From the NCBI RefSeq assembly GCF_022045235.1, contig NW_027266269.1, forward strand, positions 5,394,001 through 5,458,000: DNA of 64,000 nt. Reading direction: 5' to 3'. Numbering within the stretch: the stretch's first letter is position 1; every line of letters begins with the position of its first letter. A program made the translations under genes and the position numbers. The DNA is from Haliotis cracherodii (lineage: Eukaryota). Positions 52,066 through 64,000 of the stretch are shown piece by piece. The notes beneath the pieces are model-generated. The model was not told the DNA's origin, did not search any database, and saw only the letters and a list, made by a program, of their open reading frames with translations.

Positions 52066-52584
52066 ATAAATCGCCAACAACTGAAGGTTGATCACCACGC
52101 TAGGGTCCATGGGGACTTACAGTACTTTTGCTACCTGCATGGACCCCAGCAGGATTTACACCATCCCTTCATTGGTTGGCGATTATTGTCAATTTAGCCG
52201 AATTAAAAGAACATATATTCTGCGATTAAAAACGTGGTAGTAATAAATATACTGTGAATGACGTGGACTTACGTACCATCTCCGGGGGACAATCCTTTTA
52301 CACTACTTCAACCCCCTTCGAGGTACAGCCACTGACAATCTTAGTTATCCAATTTATTCTACCAATATTAAAAGATCATTTATTAACTACAAAATGAGCA
52401 TGAATGTGTTTATGAATCACTATCAAATTGTGATGATACCAGGTGTTCGCGAAAAGATGATCAAATTCCATCTCCTGTCGCTTGTCAATAATGTACATAT
52501 AATAAATGATGTAATTTACATCCCTGTACATCGTCATCGTCATCATCATCATCATCATCATCATGTTCATCATCATCGGAGTAA

Positions 52585-52757
52585 GGGCGGTCGGATAGCT
52601 TAGTGGTTAAAGCGTTCGCTCGTCACGCCGAAGACCCGGGTTCGATTCCCGACATTGGTACAATGTGTTAAGCCCATTTCTGGTGTCCCCCGCCGTGATA
52701 TTGCTGGAATATTGCTAAAAGCGGCGTAAAACCAAACTCACTCACTCACTCACTCAC
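52585..52757 (+). mobile_element. SINE family 1, young copy with 12-bp TSD
   Basis: TSD tcatcggagtaa; empty sites near 24000 and 47691. Confidence 0.9.
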
Positions 52758-53347
52758 TCATCGGAGTAAAAAAATCAGATTTTTAAAAATTTAATGAAAT
52801 TTCACAGTTCTGCAACTACAGACTTTAAGTTTTATTCAGAATCAGCAAAAAAAGATAAGAGTGGGCAGTTTTACCGGTATATCGGTAAATTGAGGTTCAT
52901 TCTTTGCATGATGCGTATCACAATATCAGATGATTTCAAATAGCGATTTTTATCATGTGTTTAATGGTATTAACTTGCCAAATACATGTATCTGCATTAT
53001 GTTTCCGTAATTCCAAAATGCAAGTTCACATTCTGGAGTTCTTCTATGGCATGATGTAGCACCAAGTCATCATTATCCCGGAGCGTTCATCCTTGCGTAA
53101 TTATTGAATGTCCCAGCATCTTGTTTTGTTCCATTTATAAACTTCTATTCCTGATTGATGTTGCAAATTGCTTCCGAATTCACAATTTTGAATCATACAA
53201 AACATTGTGATACGTATCACAATACGTCCTTGTGCACTGTGACATATTGTGATACACTTGAAACATCCAAAACCCACCCCTAAAACAAATATAACAAAAT
53301 CGATCATTTCTGCTAAGAATCAAAATGCACTTAAGGAACTGAACTTG

Positions 53348-53921
53348 TTAGACCGACAACACTGATTGAAAGCAGTCAATCATTTCAGCCATCAGCTTAA
53401 ACTTGGTTTCATTCCCAAGATTCACAAAGTCCTGTTCCTCCTCAAGATAAATGTCAAACGCATAACCATCTGGGTTTCTCAATCTGAACGATTTCGCAAT
53501 TTGTATTGCAGCATTCAGGAGTTTAGGCATGCTGTGCTTATCTGCCAGATATAAAGCGTGAAGAACCTCTCCTTGTAAAGTAGATTCGTCACGACAGAGT
53601 GTTAACAGAAACTCCTCACACTTCCGCTTCAAGCCATCCATCTGGTACTCGTCAGCCAGTTCCAGCAGTCTGTCCACCGTTACCTTGGTGACAGGCCCGA
53701 GTTCTGATGGGTAAATACAGAGAAGCAAGTCCACAATGTCATCATATGTTTTTCCCGGTAGAGGGACTTCACTTTCCTGCTTTTCTTTAAAATCTCCATT
53801 AAACATCCTGTGAAAAACATCCGATGCTGCTGAAAGTGCCCCTTTGATGACGTGAAGACGTCTCCCTTCTACAACCAGAGCGACATCAGTCTTGTCAGAG
53901 GGTTCGTCAAACACAGATGAC
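53348..53921 (-). CDS. BTB/POZ-domain protein terminal exon, subfamily II
   Basis: Intact BTB; phase-2 acceptor; last residues frameshifted relative to the 24616 copy. Confidence 0.88.
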
Positions 53922-55263
53922 CTGCCAGCATAGAAGATCAAGTCAATGGGTCACTTTACATCAGACAAAACAAGATCGTTACAATACTTTCCCCGTCATT
54001 ACACTTGTGTTTCATATCTTGACATTGTCATAACAACGTAAGTTACGTCATTACATTTCGCTCGGTCAGATACCATAGAAAGTCAACTCGTTTCGTAAAA
54101 ATGGTATCTAACGAGAGTGTGTGCTGAATTCCCTATTTATCTTTCAAAGTTCGTGTAATGGCTACCATGTTGGACAAATTATAAGTTAAGGAAGGTTTTT
54201 GTTTGTTTGTTTGTTCGTTTTATCATTTAACTCCGCGATCGGCAATGTTCCAGCTATGTGACGGCGGTCTGTAAATAATCGAGTCTGGACCAGACAATCC
54301 AGTGATTGACATTATACGCACCGATCCACGCAATTAGGGTATGATGACATGCATCAACCATGTCAGCGAGCCTGACCACCCGATCCCGTCTGTCGCCTCT
54401 TACTACAAACTTAGTCGCCATTTACAGCAAGCATGGGTTACTGAAGACCTTCTCATCCCGGATCTTCAGAGGTCTTAAGGAAGGTAAGTCCGAGTAATCT
54501 ACTAAAACACAGCGCATCACAGAACCACTATGGTAAGGGATATTATATATGATGTCATCTCGTGTTTCCTACAGTGCAAAGTGGGGCGGTCGGGTAGCCC
54601 AGTGGTTAAAGCATTCGCTTGTCACGCCGAAGACCCGGGTTCGATTCCCGACATGGGTACAATGTGTGAAGCCCGTTTCTGGTGTACCCCGGCCGTGATA
54701 TTGCTGGAATATTGCTAAAAGTCGCGTAAAATCAAACTCACTCACTACAGTGCAAAGTAAGGAGAAGATTGATATAGAAATGCTGTTATAATATGGCATC
54801 AGCGCTCGATTCCAACATGTGTACAATGCTAAGAACGGCCACTAGTTCGCAATGAAAGTCATTGGTTACCGAGTTGTATAAAAAGGAGATATGTTAACAT
54901 TTTGTTTGCCAAATATGGGGCGGTCGCGAAATTTCTGATTTTAACTCCAGAAATGCGACTAAATCTGAATTTTTCCGAAATAATTACACCACAACTCTAG
55001 ATTTTTGTAGGCTTTCAGACAAATGTTATCCTATTATCGGTCTCAAATCATCGATCAACGCAATTGGGATCGATGACATTTATCAACCAAGTCAGCGAGA
55101 CTGACCACACGATCCCGTTAGTTGCCTCTTACGACAAGCATAGTCGCCTTTTTGGTTGCTAAAGACCTATTCTATCCCAGATATCCACGGGTCTCACGCG
55201 GACGTATACACTGGAGTATGGGCTCTGGGTCCCTGTTCCCCGTTCCCCGTCTCAGGTACTCAC

Positions 55264-55292
55264 CTTCTCTTTGGGGATACACGAGTGGCCAT
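55264..55292 (-). CDS. Candidate first exon type C (MATRVSPKR-R)
   Basis: 29 nt, AG|gtgagt; the upstream motif region is replaced. Confidence 0.5.
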
Positions 55293-55722
55293 TTTCAGCT
55301 TGCAGTAGAATTGGCTATCACACGGACAAGAAACGAGATCTTGATCGGAAAGCCCAGTAGTCACATATGGTAAAAAAAACATATGAGGGAAAAAGGTAAC
55401 TTATCCGTGACTTCATTCATACAACACACAACTACCAGTTTGTTGGTATTCAGACAACTTCATTTTGGTTGAAATGTCAGTCAGTAAGGTCACGCGGACG
55501 TTGGTTGGTTGGTTTGTTGTTTAACGCCGCACTCAGCAATAGTCCAGCTTTATGACGGCGGTCCTTAAATAATCAAGTCTTGACCTGACAATCCAGTGAT
55601 TTACATAATGATCATCGATCCACGCAGTTGGGATCGATGACATTTATCAAAGTCACGCGGACCTATACACTGGAGTATGGGCTCTGGGTCCCTGTTTCCC
55701 GTTCCCCGTCTCAGGTACTCAC

Positions 55723-55751
55723 CTTCTCTTTGGGGATACAGGAGTGGCCAT
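55723..55751 (-). CDS. Candidate first exon type C (MATPVSPKR-R)
   Basis: 29 nt, AG|gtgagt. Confidence 0.55.
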
Positions 55752-58217
55752 TTTCAGCTTGCAGTAGAATTGGCTATCACACGGACAAGAAACGAGATCT
55801 TGATCGGAAAGCACACCCGCTAGTGTTTTCAGTTTCGATTTCAACAATAGACAAACAGTAATGGGCGTTAACTCGCATGTCAGGTTCTCGCGTTTCCAGT
55901 CAACAACTCGTTTATTTATAGGATGCACTATTGATTACACATGAACGCATAAAACGACTATTGGTGTCTGAATGTTGCCACTTCGCGCTTAAGTGAAATG
56001 TTTGCTGGTCTGTTGCCATAGGAGGTATTCCTCGTCTGTCCGCGTCGATTCAACCGCGAAATCGTGGCGATGTATATACCGCCACTGTCTATTACGTATT
56101 ATTGTAAAGGCGAGTATATTTGAGTGTTGAGTGTGACATGACTGCTTGTACATAATTGAGACTTGACCAGGTAAACAAGCAATTGACATTTCAAGAAACG
56201 ATTCCCGCCTTCAGGGTACGATGGCACGCATAAAAGGTTGTTTTGTTGTTTAACGCCGCACTCAGCATGCTTAAATATTAAAATGGTCATACTAAATTAT
56301 TGATTTATGTTTAAAATTCCTTCATAATGTTATTGTGATGAATACACATAACGTGTGTACTATCTCCTATGACTGTCCGTCCAAGGAAGGAATAGACAGC
56401 ATTGCCACTGTAAACCGTTTGTTTTGTTTGTTTGTTTGTTTGTTGTTTAACGCCACACTCAGCAATATTCAGCGAGCCTGACCACCCAATCCCGTCAGTC
56501 GCCTCTTACGACAAGCATAGTCGCCTTTTACAGCAAGCATGGGTTGCTGGAGAGTGGAGACCTATTCTATCCCGGATCTTCATGGTACCACAGTTAACTG
56601 AATATGTGCGAAACATTCATTGTAGAAATTCTATAAAACCGAAAACCACCCTCGTCTTGTCCGTTTTCTTTATTAAATTGTTAATAGAAGATAAGCTGAG
56701 TTGAATTGCTTACCAAATATACATTTCTTTCAAAAGGATATGTCAAAATAAAGAGGTGCAATATTGTTTCAACAGGAAAACAGGCAACAGGGTTGCTGTA
56801 TCGCCTACATTAATAAGAGTGAGTGAGTATGGTTTTACGCCGCTTTTAGCAATGTTCCAGCAATATCACGGCTGGGGGACACCAGAAATGGGCTTCACAC
56901 ACTGTACATTAATAAGAGTTTTCTGTCATGTTTGAAGTAGTTCCCGTTGTTTGTTGTTTAATGCCCCTCTCAGTAATATGACAGCTGTTTGTGAATAATC
57001 GAGTCTGGACCAGACAATCCAGTGATAGACAACATGAGCATTGATATGTAGGACAGAAGTAGGATGAATATAAAAATAAAGCATTGGACTTTAAAACAGA
57101 TACTAGTGAGTGAGTTTGGTTTTACGCCACTTTTAGCAGTATTCCAGCAATATCACGGCGGGGGACACCAGAAATGGGTTACCCGACCGCCCCAAAACAG
57201 ATACTAACATCTCATTTAGTAACATATGGTTTTTTTTATTGAACACTGCTGAAAGCAATAATGTTTTGGTTATGCGTATATACTCTGATTACAGCCCAAT
57301 CGGGGGAGACCCGTGAAGATTCAGGGGTAGAATAGGTCTTCAACAACCTATGCTTGTCGTAAAAGGTGACTATGCTTGTCGTAAAAGGCGACTAACAGGA
57401 TCCGGTTGTCAGGCTCGCTGACTTGGTTGATGCATGTCATCAATCCCAATCATCTCGTATTTCCTACAGTACAAAGTGGGGCGGTCGGGTAGCCTAGTGG
57501 TTAAAGCATTGGCTCATCACGCCGAAGATCCGGGTTCGATTCCCGACATGGGTACAATGTGTGAAGCCCATTTCTGGTGTCCCCGGCCGTGATATTGCTG
57601 GAATATTGCTAAAAGCGGTGTAAAATCAAACTCACTCACTACAGTGCAAAGTAAGGAGAAGGTATATGGATGAACAACTTTTTTATTGCAATCAGGAACG
57701 ACGTTTCGGTGTAGGTTCTAACACTGTCATCAAACTAGTACAGAGTATGGCTGACAAGTATTTATACAGGTAGGAGGCGGTGTTTATACAGTAGAGTAGA
57801 TTTAAGATGTAGATGTAGATGTAACCATGGTTACACTGGAGCGGATTATATTTGTCTTCTGCTTTAGATTTGAGTATTGATCATGACTACATTTATTTTT
57901 TTATATTATGTTATGCCGTGTAAACATGAATTATGATCTGTATGATCTGTGACTAAACACACTTATGATAATGTAAATATGATTAATGTACTACTTACAT
58001 TGTGTATTTAAAGAAATCGTCATATAAAAATAAAAATCCATTATATGAAATACTTGTATTATGAAATTATCATTTGCTTTGTAATGCAAAGAAACGTCAT
58101 TTCATTTGATTGTCGCTGGTCGTAAGGGAAGTAACTCTAGCCCCGGATAATATGTTATATTGTTTACGTGGTTACCAGGATGGTAAGTTGCAAATGTCTG
58201 CGGTACCGGTAAGTTAA

Positions 58218-60281
58218 AGGGGCACTGATCTAACGCAATTCCCCGGGACTGGTTGTTGCCTTTGTAATTGTTTTTTCCCAGTGAGTACCCAGATGTATAG
58301 CAGAAATCTAGACTAGTTCGCGACCTCTGCTGCGCCATTCGTAAGCGCATTAGTCACTTTTATGGGTAGTAATAAGGGCGTATGGTCACATTGATCAACA
58401 AAATGAAATACAGTTTTCGAGATAATAAGGAAATGTAGGTATCTTTGTGAGTAGCATCTGTAATGGTGACGAAGTTTTGATAAGTCACTTGCGTGGTAAT
58501 TTTGCGATTTTTGTTTACACTATTTCGACTTGCAACACAAAGTAAATATTTCACCTGAGCATTGCTTTTTTTATAGTGTGTATATTTTTTTACTGTCAAA
58601 ATGTGTAACAAATTTATTAAACGTCTAAATATTCAGTTATTTTACAAAGAGACTGAAAAACATTTCCATCTGTATTATTATGATAACGAATTCCAACATT
58701 TTGAGGTTTAATGTCATCACCAAGAGACTGAAAATGTTACGTTGAAAAGTACATTTCTATGTTGTTTGGCTTCTAATCCTACATAATAATCTGTAATGTT
58801 TGTAGGCCCTTTTGATCGTCTTAATCAACATGGACAGATATTTTAGTCAAAATGACTGAAATATTTACACATTTTATAAATTGCCTGAGAGAATCACATT
58901 TTACAAATTGACGGTAAGATATACACGCTTACAAAGGAAAAGACCTGTGACAACAACGTCTATCGCGCATTGAAGAATTTCCCAACCAAGACGTAGAGAA
59001 ACAAGAACGAATCGGTTCAAATGAAGGAAAACAAAATGCAAATACCATAATTACAACCTACCAAATTTATGTGTATAAATTTTAAGCAGCTTCCGTGTTC
59101 GAGGAATGTATCCGTGAATATCCACACAAAGGAACAACATCCCACTCGTCTGCAGCTGTACAAAGAAACTTATTCGATGTCACGTGTCTCAGTAACAATC
59201 AAATATTTTAAAAGATATATATCGTTTCGGGATATTATAACCCGTGTTCGTTTCTAAACTGATCACTTGGATTGTTTCAGGTGTTTCACATAGGTGTCAA
59301 GTCTCAAAGGTCGGCTGAGAAAGCCCACGTGACAACTATTTTCATAATGTCCACGGTTCCTAAAAAATCCATTGAGTGATTGATAACAATAATCAATCAA
59401 TCAACGTATTATCGGTTAACCCTTTGAACAAAGTAAGTTGTTTTTACATCGGCACTTCACGCCATGATGTGAGTGTTTTCCCTTTGTTTTAGTAAACCTA
59501 GACATGTAAACACTCACTTTTGATATATCCACTGTGCAAGATAACAGTGATTTATCAATCAACGTATTTTCTGTTAATCCTTTGATGACTAGGAACGATC
59601 CGTTGATTTACAAAAAAAAGTAAATCAACTGATCATTCATCTGTTGCTGGGCTGCCACGTGCATATAACATAACACACATTTCATCTCACTTTAAACCTG
59701 GATTTAGATTGAATAATTACCCCAGACACAATAAATGCTAAATGGGGACCTTTGTCTGGTAATCTAAGTGGTGCTACCACTAATTGTACCTGTAATAAAT
59801 TCATTAACTGAGCATCAAGTGAATGACGACAAATACACAAGTGTAGGGTTATGCGAGAAAACGTGGATGACAACAGTGGAGTAGTAATCGTATTATCGAC
59901 GCAATCGGAAATCCGAAAATGCTATCACTGCATGGGTACTTTTTTTAGTATTAAACTATAACCATCTGGGGTATTTCGAAATGACGACATCCGATGAGCT
60001 CCGTCGTTCTTTTTGTCTGTTTGTTTAGGCTGAAGAAATTAATTAACATGCGCCCTTTGTCGAAATCTTTACAGTTAACCAATCAGTTAACCAATCAGTG
60101 TTTATGCAAAAATGAGTAAAACAAATATTGCCTCCAGCCTCCAAGTTTATTTAGCTGTCCTTGCAGACGGTAGCCCAGTCTGTGGTCACGCTCAGTTGCG
60201 TTGCGTATCATCCGGGTACTCACGGGGAAAAAAACAATAACAAATAACCAGTCCGGGGAATTGCGTTAGATCAGTGCCCCT
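58218..60281. mobile_element. Kolobok-like non-autonomous element at its original site
   Basis: TTAA TSD (58214-58217, 60282-60285), TIRs starting AG; empty site gag-ttaa-cagagggg near 26936. Confidence 0.85.
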
Positions 60282-60472
60282 TTAACAGAGGGGTGTCGGC
60301 CTGTCGGGTTATATCATTTCCATGCCAGTGACGCTCAGTGGTTTATGTTATGTCAGTCTTGAAAAACATGCGGGAATTGAAGCAAAAGCAAGCACACACA
60401 TAACATTCTACGCAGATATTGATTCGAGTTTCCCGATTTACAATTTCCAGTTTCAAATATACTGATTGTTAC

Positions 60473-60507
60473 CTTATTTCATTCTTGGGATGTTTAGGAG
60501 TAGCCAT
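60473..60507 (-). CDS. Candidate first exon type B
   Basis: 35 nt, AG|gtaaca. Confidence 0.6.
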
Positions 60508-61533
60508 TGTCACCAGGTAGTTACTGCACCGTGATTGTATGATGATAATAATTGTCAGGTGACGAGGCCACAGCTAACACGGTAACTTGATGAGCAAAAC
60601 CCTTGTTTCACTCTCGATTTGACACTTCTGAGAAGTAGACCTAAGGGAGGTAACTCGCTTGGTTCTTCTTTCTTACAAATTGAGATTGAAATATCAATAC
60701 TTAAGCTGTAATGGGTCGGATGGTTAGGGTCGTGTGGGTTCGAACCTGACGTCGTTAAAACGTGTCCTGATTTCTTTTTCCGTGTGACAGAATTTACTTG
60801 ACAATTATGTGTCCCCTGATTTATTTGGACTTTAGGTATACTGATTTATTTATTTGGTATTTGTGAGTGAGACAGAATTTACCTGGTACTTCCTCGTGTC
60901 CTGATGTATTTGGTATTTGGGTTGGTTTGTTGGCTGGTTTGTTGTTTAACGCCGCACTCGGCAATATTCCAGCTATATGACGGCGGTCTTTAATCCAGTG
61001 ATTGACATCATGAGCATCAATCCACGTACTTGGGATAATGCCATGCATCAACCAAGTTTGCGAGCCCGACCACCCGATCCCGTTAATCGCCTCTTACGAC
61101 AAGCGTAGTCGCCTTTTACGGCAAGTATGGGTTGCTGAAGACCTATTCTACCCCGAATTTTCGAGGGCCTGGTATTTGGGAGTGAGACAGAATTTACCTG
61201 GCACTTCCACGAGTCCTGGTTTATTTGGAATTTGGGAGTGAGACAGAATTTATCTGGCACTTCCAAGTTTCCTGGTTTATTTGGTATTTGGGAGTGAGAC
61301 AGAATTTACCTGGCACTTCTACGAGTCCTGGTTTATTTGGAATTTGGGAGTGAGACAGAATTTTCACAACACTTCCACGTGTCCTGAATTATTTGGAATT
61401 TGGGTTGGTTAGTTGGTTCGCTTGTTGTTTAACGCCGCACTCAGCAATATTCCAGCTATATGACGGCGGTCATAATCAAGCCTGGACCAGACAATCCAGT
61501 GATTAATGTCACGAGGATCGATTCACGCACTTG

Positions 61534-62200
61534 CCACAGTGCCAGTTGACCTCTCCCAATGCGAGCTGACCAGTGCTTGATGACACACACTAACCATCTC
61601 TCACAGTGCCAGTTGACCTCTCCCAATGCGAGCTGACCAGTGCTTGATGACACACTAACCATCTCTCACAGTGCCAGTTGACCTCTCCCAATGCGAGCTG
61701 ACCAGTTGTTGATGACACACTAACCTCATCTCACAGCGCCAGTTGACCTCTCCCAATGCGAGCTGACCAGTGCTTGATGACACACTAACCAGCTCTCACA
61801 GTGCCAGTTGACCTCTCCCAATGCGAGCTGACCAGTGGTTGATGACACACGTCAATCTGCTCTCACAGCGCCAGTTGACCTCTCCCAGTACGAGCTGACC
61901 AGTGCTTGATGACACACTAACAAGCTCTCACAGTGCCAGTTGACCTCTCCCAGTGCGAGCTGACTAGTGCTTGATGATACACTTACAAGCTCTCACAGTG
62001 CCAGTTGACCTACCCCAATGCGAATCGACCAGTGGTTGATGACACACGTCAATCTGCTCTCACAGCGCCAGTTGACCTCGCCCAGAGCGAGCTGACTAGT
62101 GGTTGATGACACACTAACCATCTCTCACAGTGCCAGTTGATCTCTCCCAGTGCGAGCTGACCAGTGCTTGATGACACACACGTATCGGCTCTAGCCACAG
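61534..62200. repeat. 65-bp minisatellite, about 10 units
   Basis: Same unit as 4721-6030. Confidence 0.9.
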
Positions 62201-62667
62201 TGTTATTCATGAAGAGGACGTAAAAGTATTATCAAACACGTTTTCAAATAAAGGGAATATTTATTTTAGCATAAGATCGCATACAAATCGTCTAAACAGT
62301 GTGAGGACATAAATATAAATACACACACTTTGTCAATAACGGCAACACAACATGATGGAAAACAAAAACGTCAAATGTCATTTGGGTATAACAAATCCCT
62401 GGAAAAAAATCCATAGAAGATGTACCTATTGTCACTCAAGATCAGATAGCAGGGGACCTATTCTCACTTCGGTTCATCTAACAGGAAACAGTGGCACTGT
62501 GAATCCTCATAAATCACAATCATATTATTTTTTATCTTCTCACACTTATCAGAGAAAAAAAGGATGGGCGTTGGGATAGCCGTGTTGTTAAGGCGTTACT
62601 CGTTATACTGAAGTCCGAGGATGTATTGCCCACATGCCTACAGTGAAAATCAGCTCAATATCCCATT

Positions 62668-63241
62668 TTAGTGTTTTATTTTTTCAAGGCAATCTATTCG
62701 CTTACGAAGTAGCTTAGCAAGGCTTCTCAATGAAAGTTTCGTATAGTCTTCATGGTTCGCTATTGAGAAGCCATATCTAATCTGATTTATTGAAACGTTA
62801 GATAACGTGTCTGTTGCTATCTCTAACAAAGTTTCCAATTCATACTTATCGGCCAGGTATAAGAAGTGCACTGTGTCGTTACAGTCATGTACATGTTCAT
62901 ATATAGACGTTTTACATAATGGCAATAGAAACTCCTCACACCTCCTCTTCAGGCCAACAATCTGGTACTCGTCAGCCAGTTCTAGCAGTTTGTCCACAGT
63001 TTCCCTGGTGACAGGCCTGAGTTCTGATGGGTAAATACATAGCAGCATGTCCACAATGTCATCGCGAGATTTGCCTGGAAGTGGAATTTCAGCCTGCTGC
63101 TGTTCTTTGAAGTAGCCATTAAGCATGCAGTCAAAGTCATCTGACGCCATTGACAGAATCAGTTTATTGACGTAGAGACGTCTTCCCTCCACCACAATCG
63201 CAACATCAGATTTAGCTGTGGGTTTATCAAAGACTGATGGC
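62668..63241 (-). CDS. BTB/POZ-domain protein terminal exon, subfamily III
   Basis: Open frame, phase-2 acceptor; several substitutions in the otherwise conserved BTB core. Confidence 0.85.
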
Positions 63242-63536
63242 CTGCAACGAATACGAAATTATCAGATGACGCATGTTTAACGCCGCACTCAGCAATATTC
63301 CAGTCTGTAAATAATCGAGTCTGGACCAGACAATCCAGTGATTTACATCATGAGCATCGATCCACGCAATTAGGATCGATGACATGCATCAACCAAGTCA
63401 GCGAGATTGACCACCCAGTCCCGTTAGTTGCCTCTTACGACAAGCATAGTCGCCTTTTTGATTGCTGAAAACCTATTCTATCCTGGATCTTCACGGGTCT
63501 CACGCGGACGTATACACTTGAGTCTCGGGTACTCAC

Positions 63537-63565
63537 CTTCTCTTCAGGGATACATGAGTGGCCAT
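63537..63565 (-). CDS. Candidate first exon type C (MATHVSLKR-R)
   Basis: 29 nt, AG|gtgagt. Confidence 0.65.
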
Positions 63566-64000
63566 TTTCAGCTTGCAGTAGAATTGGCTACCACACGGAC
63601 AAGAAACGAGATCGTGATCGGAAAGCATACCCGCTAGTGTTTTTAGTTTCGATTTCAACAATAGACAAACAGTAATGGGCGGTAACTCGCATGCCAGGTT
63701 CTCGCGTTTCCATTCAACAACTCGTTTATTTATAGGATGCGCTATTGATTACAAATGAACGCATAATGTGAATAATGTGAATGTGGCCACTTGGGGCTTA
63801 AGCCAATGTTTGTTGCCATAGGAGGTATTCCTCGCCTGTCCGCGCCGATACAACCGCGAAATCGTAGCGATGTATATACCGCCACTGTCTATTACGTATT
63901 ATTGTAAAAGCGAGTATATTTGTTTAACGCCGTACTAAAATCAGCGTCACCGACATGACGACTGCTCGTACATAATTGAGACTTGACCAAATAACCAGCA

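Larger units (their letters stand above)
56320..64000. repeat. Segmental duplicate of 1-7283
   Basis: Collinear, high-identity sequence and shared insertions. Confidence 0.92.

Overview
Repeat-rich eukaryotic DNA, probably from an invertebrate (the SINE repertoire suggests a mollusc such as a gastropod; this is inference). There are no prokaryotic features. The window holds a tandem, minus-strand cluster of eight small BTB/POZ(+BACK-like) coding exons in three subfamilies. The ORF-track starts are artefacts: each exon begins at a polypyrimidine-CAG acceptor in phase 2. Between them lie 15 tiny (29 or 35 nt) ATG-bearing candidate first exons of three unrelated types: A (MASDTSSVAIE/MALVIISAAIK), B (MATPKHPKNEI) and C (MATHVSPKR). 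All have strong Kozak context and end AG|GT in phase 2, so any leader is frame-compatible with any BTB exon. The BTB core is conserved while two C-terminal patches are hypervariable. The cluster shows segmental duplication, loss of one exon, apparent gene conversion and promoter/leader shuffling at a TTAA (Kolobok-like) transposon end. The rest is four SINE-like families, a full-length Tc1 (DD34E), several MITEs, LINE and Harbinger fragments, and 54-, 56-, 65- and 81-bp minisatellites. All gene models come from sequence signals only.
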